Source of the DNA: a virus
Taxonomy: Duplodnaviria; Heunggongvirae; Uroviricota; Caudoviricetes
Direction: 5' to 3' (one strand)
IMG/VR virus record: IMGVR_UViG_2795385816_000003
Location: 7,520-71,519 of that record
Length of the DNA stretch: 64,000 nucleotides
Shown: positions 37,669 through 46,708 of the stretch, in pieces
How positions within the stretch are numbered: the first letter of the stretch is position 1
How the letters are laid out: the number at the start of each line of letters is the position of its first letter
The notes under the pieces: model-generated
Told to the model about the DNA's origin: nothing
Databases searched by the model: none
What the model saw: the letters and a program-made list of their open reading frames with translations, nothing else
Translations under genes and position numbers: made by a program

Positions 37669-38120
37669 GCGGGCACCCGAATCAAGGTGTCGGCCGCGTA
37701 CAGGCGGAATCCATCGACAACGCGCTTCGCCGCATCGGGATGTTTGGCACCAGCAGCGATCCTGACAAGCCCCTTGTCCGGGTCGATGACCACAACGCGA
37801 TAGACCTTGCCGCCCTTGCGGATGCGGACCATGTGCCCCTTGCGGAGGGGGCGACGCTGCGCCGACATCTTGCCGCCCTGACGACTCGCACATGGCGCGC
37901 ACTGTGGCCGGATGTTGCCGCGCCGGTACGTGCCACCGTCAGCGCCCGCGACCGGATGCCGGTCAACGGTGATGCTGTCGAAGTTCAAAACGGTCGGGCA
38001 TGTCGAGCACCGGCATGTGGTGCCATCGCCGAACGTGTCGAGCAGCCATTGACGGCGACGCCGCCGATCTTCGTCCGAGCCACGATCATTGCGGTTCGTG
38101 GTACCGCGCCGGACGGTCAT
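37665..38120 (-). CDS. HNH-like endonuclease / zinc-binding protein
   Basis: CRCSTCPT...DRHPVAGADGGTYRRGNIRPQCAPCAS. Confidence 0.3.
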   Translation of the reverse strand: MTVRRGTTNRNDRGSDEDRRRRRQWLLDTFGDGTTCRCSTCPTVLNFDSITVDRHPVAGADGGTYRRGNIRPQCAPCASRQGGKMSAQRRPLRKGHMVRIRKGGKVYRVVVIDPDKGLVRIAAGAKHPDAAKRVVDGFRLYAADTLIRVPA

Positions 38121-39034
38121 GATGCCACCGCCTGAGCATCGAGCAGGGCTAGCAGAGGGTCAGTGCACGAAGTGCACAACGGACCGGACCGTGCAGGTCT
38201 GGGCGCCGACCGTTGCCATCCCCAGCCCCACTGAGACTTGAGTCCGACATGCCCCGCCGCCAACACATCGCGCTGGAGTTGGCCAATCTCCTTGGCCGCG
38301 ACAGGGAAATGCGCCCGGATATTGTCAAGCTCACCTGGCTTTGCGAAGCATCCGCAGAGGCATTCGCCGGACATCCCGAGAAGTTCGGCCACACGATTGA
38401 CCGGAACATCGCCCATAGCCAGTCGATAGGTGTTCAGATCCAGCTTGGTCCACATCGCCAGGGGTGAGGCCCAGATCACCGAGCCATTCCGTTCGTGCAG
38501 TGGCACATCCTGGCGACGGGTCGATTCCGAACGGCGCCGTCCCGCGATGTACAGCACACGCTCTTGACGGGATGAGGTCACAAGCTCCCGTCTCACCGTT
38601 CGCAATGCGCGTTCTTTGAGGCGCTGGTAGATCTTGAAATGCATCGCCGGTCCCGGAAAGCCGCGCTCAAGCACTAGTTCGCGATACGACTGCGGCGGCG
38701 TGCGCTCCAGTAGGGGGAGCTGCCAATCAGCACATGTGTCGCGGACGAACTGACGAGTTTCTTCGATGCCGATAGTTGTGTTCGCGTGTACGGCGTAGTC
38801 GACGCGGGGCCGCATCATGTGCGCGAGCACGGTCGAATCGTTTCCGCCGGAGAACAGTACGCACGATGCAACAAGACGCTTGCCGTTGCAGTGCTCGGCG
38901 ATAGCCTGGTCGACAATCCAATTCGCTTGTTCGATAAGCCTCGCCAGTCGCAATTCTCGTTGTGGTCTTGTCAGGCGCGCCACATCGGCGAGTGGTGCCG
39001 GTGTGTCCAGGTCTGGATGCAAGACATCGGTCAT
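38117..39034 (-). CDS. PAPS-reductase-like PP-loop ATPase
   Basis: PP-loop VLFSGGNDSTVLAHMM; 305 aa. Confidence 0.5.
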   Translation of the reverse strand: MTDVLHPDLDTPAPLADVARLTRPQRELRLARLIEQANWIVDQAIAEHCNGKRLVASCVLFSGGNDSTVLAHMMRPRVDYAVHANTTIGIEETRQFVRDTCADWQLPLLERTPPQSYRELVLERGFPGPAMHFKIYQRLKERALRTVRRELVTSSRQERVLYIAGRRRSESTRRQDVPLHERNGSVIWASPLAMWTKLDLNTYRLAMGDVPVNRVAELLGMSGECLCGCFAKPGELDNIRAHFPVAAKEIGQLQRDVLAAGHVGLKSQWGWGWQRSAPRPARSGPLCTSCTDPLLALLDAQAVAS

Positions 39035-39291
39035 CGCGCACCCGCCCTGAGTCCGGCGATGTAGGTGCGGGCGATGGCGGTGCGTGCCTTGCGGGCGGCA
39101 TGCTCGTCGGCGACCAGGAAGCCGGACCAGGTGTTGCCGTCCGCGATCTGACCGACGTAAATCTGATCACCATCTGCCGGATCTACGCTCGGCCAAGATG
39201 CGGCCACCAGCTCGTCGTTGACGAGAGTGTCGATGTCGCCCAGGTTTTCGATGTGCTCAACCAGATAGGGAGCCGTGGTGGCGGTGCTCAT
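39031..39291 (-). CDS. hypothetical protein
   Basis: MSTATTAPYLVEHIE... Confidence 0.25.
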   Translation of the reverse strand: MSTATTAPYLVEHIENLGDIDTLVNDELVAASWPSVDPADGDQIYVGQIADGNTWSGFLVADEHAARKARTAIARTYIAGLRAGAR

Positions 39292-39665
39292 ACTCGGCCT
39301 ACCTCGGCATTCAGCACGGCGGCAATCCAGATCATGGCGTCGCGGCCCTCTGAGGGGTTCTCCGCGAACCAGTTCAGGGGGCGGCTCGCGGAGACGGGGA
39401 TGCACCCCGACTCGGTGCCGATCCACGTAGAGCTGTGGTCCGTCTGCATGAATGCGACCTGGCGATCGCCGCACCAGACACCGTTACCGTCCCGAACGGT
39501 GTAGGTGGGGCGGTCGGCCTCGGCCGTCCCCGGGGCCGCAGGCTCGACGTCCTGCACGGTGCTGGTGACAACGCGGTGCGTGCCGGTGATCGCCAAAGCA
39601 ATCTCACGCGCCTTGTCGGCGGGGGCGTAGACGGTTATTTCCGTCAATTGGGTAGCGTCGGACAT
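39288..39665 (-). CDS. hypothetical protein
   Basis: 125-aa ORF. Confidence 0.25.
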   Translation of the reverse strand: MSDATQLTEITVYAPADKAREIALAITGTHRVVTSTVQDVEPAAPGTAEADRPTYTVRDGNGVWCGDRQVAFMQTDHSSTWIGTESGCIPVSASRPLNWFAENPSEGRDAMIWIAAVLNAEVGRV

Positions 39666-39776
39666 GCCGAATGCCTCCTAAGGGCTGATTTCGGTTCTCG
39701 ATGGCGCTGACGGCGGGGGACTTTGGCGAGTAGACCGCCGTCAGCGTTGGGGGTTATTCAGTTGTGAGAGTTGGGA

Positions 39777-40133
39777 TTATGAAGCGGCTAGGCGCCGCTT
39801 CCGGCGCTCGGCCCATGCGCGTAGCTCGGTGGCATCCCACCGGAGCCGACTGCCGACCCGAGTAGGCGCCGGAAGGTCATAGAGTCCGCGACGGCTCCAG
39901 TCGCGCAATGTCTGCGGGTGGATGTCCAAGATCGTGGCGGCGACCTTGGACGTGACCAGGATGGGCGTTTGCGTCTCGCGCTGGATGCGGAGCAGGGCGC
40001 GAAGAGTCTCGTGGGGGGAGAGTGGAGTGAGGCCGGTTTCGGCGATAGTTGTTGCAATGCGGGCCATTTCGACAGGCGAGCTGTTGGCGGTCATACCCGC
40101 CTGGGCGGCGAGCCCCTGGAGGTTCGCGGTCAT
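39777..40133 (-). CDS. excisionase/AlpA-like HTH DNA-binding protein
   Basis: ILDIHPQTLRDWSRRGLYDLPAPTRVGSRLRWDATELRAWAERR. Confidence 0.45.
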   Translation of the reverse strand: MTANLQGLAAQAGMTANSSPVEMARIATTIAETGLTPLSPHETLRALLRIQRETQTPILVTSKVAATILDIHPQTLRDWSRRGLYDLPAPTRVGSRLRWDATELRAWAERRKRRLAAS

Positions 40134-40393
40134 GCGGTCACCGACCTCGCGCCGTGAGGGTTGGCCATCAGGGTGCGGTAGTCGGTGATCCCCAGCTCTT
40201 CAAGTAGACGGGCGTACAGCGGGGAGCTGACCTGCACTACATAGCCAAGTTCGATCTTGTTGATATACGAGCGGTCGACCTCGAGTTTTCTGGCAAGGTC
40301 GGCCATACCCCGTCCCTTGAGTCCACGGATAATTCGGAGGGCATACCCGTTGATCGGGACTGTTAGGCTGGACATAGGCATAAAGCTAGTCAC
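40130..40393 (-). CDS. Cro/XRE-family HTH regulator (leftward arm of switch 1)
   Basis: YALRIIRGLKGRGMADLARKLEVDRSYINKIELG; first gene of the long minus-strand operon. Confidence 0.55.
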   Translation of the reverse strand: MTSFMPMSSLTVPINGYALRIIRGLKGRGMADLARKLEVDRSYINKIELGYVVQVSSPLYARLLEELGITDYRTLMANPHGARSVTA

Positions 40394-40501
40394 AACTAGT
40401 CACAGGTGTCAACACAAAATGGGCTCATTCACAATATCTAGCGCCATACCTAGTCACTATCGCCATCTAACTGCAAAGATATTGTTATCTAGTGTGACTA
40501 G
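40394..40501. promoter_or_regulatory. divergent promoter/operator region (immunity switch 1)
   Basis: CTAGTCACA at 40386-40394 and 40396-40404, CTAGTCACT 40450-40458, inverted copy within CTAGTGTGACTAG 40489-40501; AT-rich. Confidence 0.5.
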
Positions 40502-41359
40502 ATGTTCCTGGACGTGACTGTCATGTTGTTAGGTATGAACACCTACACGCCGAACGAACTCGAAAGGCTTGGCCACGAGGTCGCTACTGAGCGCATAGAG
40601 CGCAGATGGGGCAAGGAGGGTGCTGCTCGCAGGGCGGCTATCAGCTCAATCACCTGGAAACGCGTGGAGGATGGTCTACCAGTTCGCGAGACCTCGTATC
40701 GATCGATTGAAGCCGCCTTTGGCTGGCCACCGGGGCGCATTGACGATCTGGCTCGGGGTCGCACGAGCGGCGAGGCCGCATCCAATGCCGATGACGGTGG
40801 TGGTGCCGAACAGGCACTCACCCTCCTCACGCGCGAGCAGGTTGCGCGATTCCTGCTGGCTGCCGAGCGGGCCAACGACGGCACGCAAACCACGGAGGAT
40901 GAGCAGGCCATTCAGGACTACATCGCTCACCAGAGGGCGGCTTCCCGGGTTCGCTCTGGGCCGGACCTCGGTAAGCTCGTGGAGGCGAACAACGCTGCTT
41001 GGGGCGCCACGAATGATCGCATGTTTGAGCTGATAAAACACCCCGATGTGTCTAATGAGGATCGAATTTCCTTGCTGGAGCAGGGGATCGAATCAACCAG
41101 CGTCTACTCGGACTTTCTCATCATGGCCGCGTACGAAAGTACGGACACGCGGGCGCGCGACATCCTGCCCTCTGTCTTCGCTATGCGTTCACAGATGGAA
41201 GAGATTCGGCAGGCCTTGCTGGAAGAAAGGCGCGCCAATGTCGCCTCCCTCGCCGAGCGTCGCAGGCCGGTGCCACCGCCACCTGATGTTGACGACCTCG
41301 ATGTAGCGGCATCACGGCGTGAAAAGCAGTCCGATGGCGAACGCGACGACGACGAGTAA
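40502..41359 (+). CDS. CI-like repressor candidate (HTH N-terminus, long C-terminal domain)
   Basis: Divergent from Cro-like gene; AARRAAISSITWKRVEDGLPVRETSYRSIEAAFGW resembles XRE HTH; followed by ImmA-like protease. Confidence 0.4.
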   Translation: MFLDVTVMLLGMNTYTPNELERLGHEVATERIERRWGKEGAARRAAISSITWKRVEDGLPVRETSYRSIEAAFGWPPGRIDDLARGRTSGEAASNADDGGGAEQALTLLTREQVARFLLAAERANDGTQTTEDEQAIQDYIAHQRAASRVRSGPDLGKLVEANNAAWGATNDRMFELIKHPDVSNEDRISLLEQGIESTSVYSDFLIMAAYESTDTRARDILPSVFAMRSQMEEIRQALLEERRANVASLAERRRPVPPPPDVDDLDVAASRREKQSDGERDDDE

Positions 41360-41453
41360 GCAGCCCTTCCGAGCTGCCTGTTCTCGGAATGACAGCGCTG
41401 TAGTTCCTGGTCAGCGCCGTATTTGTCGGTGGCCTGTTCTAGCGTCTCGCACC

Positions 41454-41882
41454 ATGATCACGAATCATTGGCATCCATGGCGAACGCTCGCCGAGCACTA
41501 TCCACACATCGCTGTTTCCTGCGATCACGTCCTGCCCCGGGGAGTGGCCGGACTGATCAAGGGCAACACCATCTGGCTGTGCAAGAGCCTGACACAGGCT
41601 GAACGTCGCTCGACCTTGACGCATGAGTTGATCCACGTTGACCGGGGCATCGCGCCCGTCATCCACCGCGCCCGCGAAGAGCGCTATGTGGACGTGCTGG
41701 CGGCACGCCGACTCATCCCACTGCCTGCCCTGCTGCGTGGGCTGCAATGGACCAACGACGATTACGAACTGGCCGAAGAACTTTGGACCGACGTTCACAC
41801 CGTGCGGGTGCGACGCCAGACCCTAACCCCTGCTGAGCGCGACTGGCTCGCTGACCGCGTTGAAGATCCGCAACGTCCATGA
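41454..41882 (+). CDS. ImmA/IrrE-family metallopeptidase
   Basis: HEXXH motif in TLTHELIHVDRG within a ~140-aa protein; start chosen at MITNHWHPW. Confidence 0.5.
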   Translation: MITNHWHPWRTLAEHYPHIAVSCDHVLPRGVAGLIKGNTIWLCKSLTQAERRSTLTHELIHVDRGIAPVIHRAREERYVDVLAARRLIPLPALLRGLQWTNDDYELAEELWTDVHTVRVRRQTLTPAERDWLADRVEDPQRP

Positions 41883-42076
41883 ACACGGTTGAAGCCCTTG
41901 ATATGGAACGCATTTGGTGGCCTGCATCCGGCGCCAAGGATGAGGCAATACGCGAGCGTTTCGGCCTATCGCCGGTCCGCTATTACCAGAAGTTGAACGC
42001 CATCATCGAGACGCCAGAGGCGCTGGCCATCGACGCACAGACCGTCAACCGGCTGCGACGGATAAGGGGGAGGTAG
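41879..42076 (+). CDS. DUF3263-like small protein
   Basis: 65 aa; WWPASGAKDEAIRERFGLSPVRYYQKLNAIIETPEA matches the actinobacterial DUF3263 pattern. Confidence 0.4.
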   Translation: MNTVEALDMERIWWPASGAKDEAIRERFGLSPVRYYQKLNAIIETPEALAIDAQTVNRLRRIRGR

Positions 42077-42586
42077 ATGGAACTGGCAGGATTCTTGATA
42101 CAGGTGTTGGGCGCCCTATTTACGGCGGTTGGACTTCTCATCGCCTGGGAACGGGTATCGAATCGTTCCGCGCAGTGGCGCAAGGGGATTGGCGATTTCA
42201 TTAACGGGCTACTTGTGCGACCCAAGAAGGGTAGTGGCGACAACGTGATCACCCCGAAAGGGGCAGTCATAACCGTCGAGGGGCACACGCCAGAAGTGAC
42301 AGTGGAGCCGGACGGTCCGGAAAGGCGGCTCAAGCAACTTGAGGATGAGTCGAAGAGACTGCAAAAACGGGTCAGGAAGACCGAGAAAGCTGTCGAGCGT
42401 GTCGATCAGGCGGTCGATGAAGTCGACAGCACTATCAATGCTGCGCTAGCCAAACTGGTCAACGACGACAACTTAATCAAGGCGAGTGATATCCGTTTGG
42501 CGCTAATCGGTCTCGGAATCTCATTTGTAGGGTTTGTCATTGAACACGGACCCTTGCTGCAACGAGTCTTCTGCGCGGCCCAGTAA
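42077..42586 (+). CDS. membrane-anchored coiled-coil protein
   Basis: N- and C-terminal hydrophobic helices with central heptad-like charged region. Confidence 0.4.
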   Translation: MELAGFLIQVLGALFTAVGLLIAWERVSNRSAQWRKGIGDFINGLLVRPKKGSGDNVITPKGAVITVEGHTPEVTVEPDGPERRLKQLEDESKRLQKRVRKTEKAVERVDQAVDEVDSTINAALAKLVNDDNLIKASDIRLALIGLGISFVGFVIEHGPLLQRVFCAAQ

Positions 42587-42591
42587 GGGAG

Positions 42592-43920
42592 ATGACCATG
42601 CGAGGTAGACCGCCGCGACCCATCGGGGTGACCGGCAATGTAATCCTGACCGAGCTACGCCCCGGCACGTGGCAGGCCATCGTACGTGTGCGTGATGCCA
42701 GTGGTAAGTCACGAAAGGTGCTGAGGGTCAGTCCACCGCGCACCGACTCTCGCGGGCGCCCTGTGCCAGACAGGGACGGCGTGCGCGCACGCGACGCGGT
42801 GCTGGCAGCCGCCTCCGACCTTTCGGTATCGGTGCTCGATGCGGAGCTGTCGACAGAGACCACCATCCGAGCGCTGTATTACGAGCACTACCGGCCGTAC
42901 CTTGTAGATCAGGGGAGGGCGCCTGCCACCCTTGACCGGTATGACTTTGAGGCCAAGGGATTTGACTCCGCATTCGGCCATAGGCGTCTCATGGAGGCGC
43001 CAACTCCGGTGATGGAGAAGTTCCTGACAACGGTCGCTGACACGCGTGGCGCCGGGGCGGCGAAGTCGTCGCGAACAGTGCTGTCCGGGATGTACAACTA
43101 CGCGATCCGCATGAGCAATGGCGCGATCACGGTCAACCCTCTGCGCGAAGTGAAGCTGGCGCGACGCAAGGGCGCCAAGCGTGGCGGTGCCAGCCAGCTC
43201 ACCGTTGACGAGGTGCGCGACATCCTCATCGCGGTACGGACCTCGGACCTGCCATGCCCCCGAATTCTGGCCAAGGCGGAGCGCGAGAAGAACGTCGGAA
43301 GCTACACGCCACCAACGGTTGCCGAGTTCTGCGCGGACGCCGATATTGTCGACTGGATTGTGATGCTGATTGCCACTAGCCACCGCCGCAGCCAATCACT
43401 GGCAACGACCTGGCCCGAGCTGGACCTGAAAGCTGGTGTCATGCGTCCCACTCGGAAGTTGATCCGCGTCAAAGGCAAAGGCTTGGTGCTGGTGCCCATT
43501 GAGGACGACACCAAGGGTTCTGACAATGAGATTGCGTTGCCCCAGTTCGCCATCGATGCCCTCAAGCTTCGGAAGCGGCGCCTTGCCGAGCGCCGACTAG
43601 TTGACCCGCGTCCGGTATCGGCCGACTACGAAGACTTGGTGTTCCCGTCCGAGAACTGGACGCCCCGCGATCCAAACAACGTCGCGGCCCAGTGGCGTCG
43701 CGTGCGGTCGGCGCTGGGGCTGCCCGCCAGCATCACCGCCCACAGCTTCCGCAAGGCAGTAGCGACCATCCTGGATGACGCGGGTTTGTCTGCGCGCGTT
43801 GCTGCTGATGTGCTGGGGCACGCCGATCCGTCCATGACTCAGCGCTTCTACATGGCGCGTGGACGGGCGCACAGCGAAGCCGCGACTGCGCTGCACCAGG
43901 CCATCGCGGGCGAGTCCTGA
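42592..43920 (+). CDS. int: tyrosine integrase 1
   Basis: 442 aa; C-terminal catalytic region AHSFRKAVATIL...VLGHADPSMTQRFYMARG (R..H..R..Y). Confidence 0.8.
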   Translation: MTMRGRPPRPIGVTGNVILTELRPGTWQAIVRVRDASGKSRKVLRVSPPRTDSRGRPVPDRDGVRARDAVLAAASDLSVSVLDAELSTETTIRALYYEHYRPYLVDQGRAPATLDRYDFEAKGFDSAFGHRRLMEAPTPVMEKFLTTVADTRGAGAAKSSRTVLSGMYNYAIRMSNGAITVNPLREVKLARRKGAKRGGASQLTVDEVRDILIAVRTSDLPCPRILAKAEREKNVGSYTPPTVAEFCADADIVDWIVMLIATSHRRSQSLATTWPELDLKAGVMRPTRKLIRVKGKGLVLVPIEDDTKGSDNEIALPQFAIDALKLRKRRLAERRLVDPRPVSADYEDLVFPSENWTPRDPNNVAAQWRRVRSALGLPASITAHSFRKAVATILDDAGLSARVAADVLGHADPSMTQRFYMARGRAHSEAATALHQAIAGES

Positions 43921-44099
43921 TGCCGTGGACATCGCACAAGATGGTGGACACTAAATGGACACTAATTCGCACGACGTGGCGATTATTCGCAACTACATTC
44001 GACTATCCAAGACTATCTAAAAATCGAAGTATCCGCAGGTAGTTACACCTTTTTGGGCAACGCTTGACTATCCATAACTATCTCTGCTAGCCCATATTT
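43921..44099. promoter_or_regulatory. att arm region with integrase arm-type direct repeats
   Basis: ggacactaa x2 (43950-43975 region) and gactatcca-n-actatct x2 (around 44000-44090); relatively AT-rich. Confidence 0.4.
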
Positions 44100-44144
44100 T
44101 TGCGATTGTGGGGGTCAGGGGTTCGAGTCCCCTTAGCTCCACCA
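44100..44144 (+). tRNA. partial tRNA (3'-terminal ~45 nt: T-arm AGGGG-TTCGAGT-CCCCT, acceptor 3' strand TAGCTCC, A, CCA); att core, not a complete gene
   Basis: GGTTCGAGTCC T-loop and ...CTCCACCA 3' end at 44137-44144; no complementary 5' acceptor strand (GGAGCTA) within 80 nt upstream. Confidence 0.55.
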
Positions 44145-44218
44145 TATGACCTGCGGAAACGCAGTCAGAAATGGTTATCCAACATTTCATCCAACAATGT
44201 TGGCGCTAGGATGCCGCC

Positions 44219-45337
44219 ATGGCGTCCATTCGAACCCGAACCCTCCGCAGCGGTGCCGAGGTGTTCGATGTGACCTATCGCCATGAGGGGCGGCAGCTTT
44301 CGATCACGTGGGAGGACCGTCCGAGTGCCGAGGCATTCATGGCTGCAGTCGCCGCTCACGGGCACCAGCGGGCATGCGAGCTCTATCAGCTGAGCCCGGT
44401 CGCCCGGCAGCGCAATGAGGCCAAGATGACGGTGGCGGAGTGGGTAAAGCACCACATCGATCACCTGACGGGCCTCGACGAGTACACGATCTACAAGTAC
44501 AACTCTTTCCTGGAGAATGACATCGCTCCCTTGCTGGGGCAGATTCCTCTCGATGAACTGTCGGAAGAGGACATCTCGCGATGGGTCAAAAATCTGGAGG
44601 AGACGCCGACCAAACGCGGGGGGAAGATCAGCGCGAAGACGCTCCGCAACAAGTATGGCTTCCTGTCTGGCGCGCTCAACGCTGCCGTGCCGAAACGCAT
44701 CCCCAGCAACCCTGCTGCGGGCCGCAAGCTAAAACGGGCGGGCGGCGATGAAGACGACGATCACGACATCCAGATGCTCACACACGAGCAGTTCGACCTT
44801 TTGCAGGACTCGACCACTGAATACTGGCGCGAATTCCAGGACTTCCTCGTCGCGTCCGGATGCCGGTGGAGTGAGGCGACAGCCCTGCAGCCAGCCGAAC
44901 ACATCGACAAGCGCAAGGGAACGGTCAAGATTCGTCAGGCGTGGAAGTACTCGCCTGGCAAGGGGTACTACCTCGGTCCTCCGAAGACGAAACGCTCACG
45001 GCGCGAAATCGACGTCCCTGATCACATTCTCTCGCGAGTGGACTTTTCGAGTGAATGGATGTTCGTGAATCGTGATGGCGGGCCAATCCGGTATCACGGT
45101 TACAAGCGCCGCGTCTGGGATAAGGCTATCGGGCGCTCAGAATTGAATCCGAAACCAACACCGCACGATCTACGCCACACATGTGCCTCATGGCTGTTGT
45201 TGGCAGGTGTTCCGATTACCGTGGTGTCCCGTCATCTGGGCCACGAGAATATCCAAATCACTGTTGACACATACGGAGACGTCGATCGGGCCAGTAGCAG
45301 GGCTGTCGCCGATTTCATGAGTAAGACTCTCCGCTGA
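44219..45337 (+). CDS. int: tyrosine integrase 2
   Basis: 372 aa; HDLRHTCASWLLLAGVPITVVSRHLGHENIQITVDTYGDV catalytic box; inverted repeat CCAACATT/AATGTTGG just upstream (44178-44203). Confidence 0.8.
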   Translation: MASIRTRTLRSGAEVFDVTYRHEGRQLSITWEDRPSAEAFMAAVAAHGHQRACELYQLSPVARQRNEAKMTVAEWVKHHIDHLTGLDEYTIYKYNSFLENDIAPLLGQIPLDELSEEDISRWVKNLEETPTKRGGKISAKTLRNKYGFLSGALNAAVPKRIPSNPAAGRKLKRAGGDEDDDHDIQMLTHEQFDLLQDSTTEYWREFQDFLVASGCRWSEATALQPAEHIDKRKGTVKIRQAWKYSPGKGYYLGPPKTKRSRREIDVPDHILSRVDFSSEWMFVNRDGGPIRYHGYKRRVWDKAIGRSELNPKPTPHDLRHTCASWLLLAGVPITVVSRHLGHENIQITVDTYGDVDRASSRAVADFMSKTLR

Positions 45338-45451
45338 GACCAGATCGTTACCTAAATTCAAGGGTTTCGGTCGGATGACAGGGTGTAACGTTTTGTTCAC
45401 TCCGGGGTGTGTCTAACTTCTAATTCCTTTAATTCACAAAGGTTTTCGCTG

Positions 45452-46186
45452 ATGCCTGCTGCTCTAATCACGTTTACCCTCGTCGCGGTCTGTTGGTCTC
45501 TGTGGATCAGGCGCGTGACTTGGACCCGCCGTATGGAAGTCGCCGCCACCCTCAACATCGCTTTGCAGGGTGCGGCGATTTTTCTTATGTCCCCGTTGGC
45601 ATCTCGAACACTCGGGGTTTGGTTGCACGCACCAACCGGGTGTTGGAACCTTGAGGATCTGATCGGCCACGATTGCTATGTTGTTGCAGCGTCGGCGCTT
45701 TGCTACCACATGATTATCCGTTTGGATCAGGAGCAGTTGAAACGGCGGTTCAAGCTCCACGTGGAGCTGCCCGCGACCCTCTGTCTACCGATCATGCTGG
45801 CGTTGTTCACTATCGGTAACAGCGTCAAGATCTACCACGATGACTTCTTTCGCGTCGTTGCGGACCTTTCGCTCATCGCCTATTGGATCGTGCTTTGCGG
45901 AACACTGATGTACCTGCTGGGTTACAGCATCTACTCGCTGATACCGATGTGGCGGGACCGGCCGGCGATCCGTGGGCTATGTGGGTCTTACATGCTGGCC
46001 GCAGGGTTCGGCATGGCCGCGTGTGCGGTCAGGATCGCAACGACGTTCCTACCTGCTGAGATGCAAGATACTGCAGCGGCTTCGCTGCCGGTGTGGCTCC
46101 TTGCGTGCTCGTGCGGGTTCGGGTTCGCCGCAATCTCAGCTCACTCCTGGTTGGAGAAGGGTCGACTTACGGGGCGGGTGTATTAG
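45452..46186 (+). CDS. multi-pass integral membrane protein (6-7 predicted TM segments)
   Basis: Start MPAALITF; repeated hydrophobic helices; preceded by AT-rich stretch 45400-45450. Confidence 0.45.
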   Translation: MPAALITFTLVAVCWSLWIRRVTWTRRMEVAATLNIALQGAAIFLMSPLASRTLGVWLHAPTGCWNLEDLIGHDCYVVAASALCYHMIIRLDQEQLKRRFKLHVELPATLCLPIMLALFTIGNSVKIYHDDFFRVVADLSLIAYWIVLCGTLMYLLGYSIYSLIPMWRDRPAIRGLCGSYMLAAGFGMAACAVRIATTFLPAEMQDTAAASLPVWLLACSCGFGFAAISAHSWLEKGRLTGRVY

Positions 46187-46571
46187 GGCTGAAGGTGTCG
46201 GGGTGGATTGGCGTGCGTTTGGTCTTCTTGGCGGGCCGCGCCTTGGTCTCCGTGCGGCCCTGGGCTTTTGGGCTGACGGAGCCCCCGGTGAATCCGGGGA
46301 AGCCTGGTTGTGGCTCGGTGATGCCGAACTCTACGAGCAGATTGAAGTAGCCCTCGTCGCCTAGTTGGTAATGGGCGGCGATGAGTCGCAGTTCTTCGGC
46401 GTTCGGGAAGTCGTCAGCGTCTTTCCGGCCGGGGGTGCGCTTGTCGCCGCGGTATTGCCATGCGGTCAGTCCGGCTGCTTCGTGGACCTGGGTGACGGTG
46501 AGGTCGCTTCCGACTATCTCGGCTTGCAGGAACGTTTTCAGGTCACGTCCTCTGCGGTCCCTTCTCGGCAT
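46167..46571 (-). CDS. HTH repressor candidate (switch 2, leftward)
   Basis: LTVTQVHEAAGLTAWQYRG HTH-like segment; divergent from Cro-like gene. Confidence 0.45.
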   Translation of the reverse strand: MPRRDRRGRDLKTFLQAEIVGSDLTVTQVHEAAGLTAWQYRGDKRTPGRKDADDFPNAEELRLIAAHYQLGDEGYFNLLVEFGITEPQPGFPGFTGGSVSPKAQGRTETKARPAKKTKRTPIHPDTFSPNTPAP

Positions 46572-46708
46572 ACCGGAATGCTATCCCGGATTTCCGGAAC
46601 CCGTCAAAGTTTCGTGACATGCGGAAACGTACCGACTGAACGCGACACGATTCCGGATTTCCGGAATGCAATGCCGGAATTCCGATATGCGGTGCTACTG
46701 TTCCTGAC
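46572..46708. promoter_or_regulatory. divergent promoter/operator region (immunity switch 2)
   Basis: CCGGATTTCCGG at 46585-46596 and 46652-46663, CCGGAATTCCG at 46673-46683, TACCGGAATGC at 46570-46580. Confidence 0.5.

Noticed and set aside
44068-44144. Complete tRNA gene ending at CCA 44142-44144
   Set aside because: Only the T-arm and 3' acceptor strand are recognisable. No GGAGCTA 5' acceptor complement or D-arm occurs in the 76 nt upstream. Treated as an att-core fragment.
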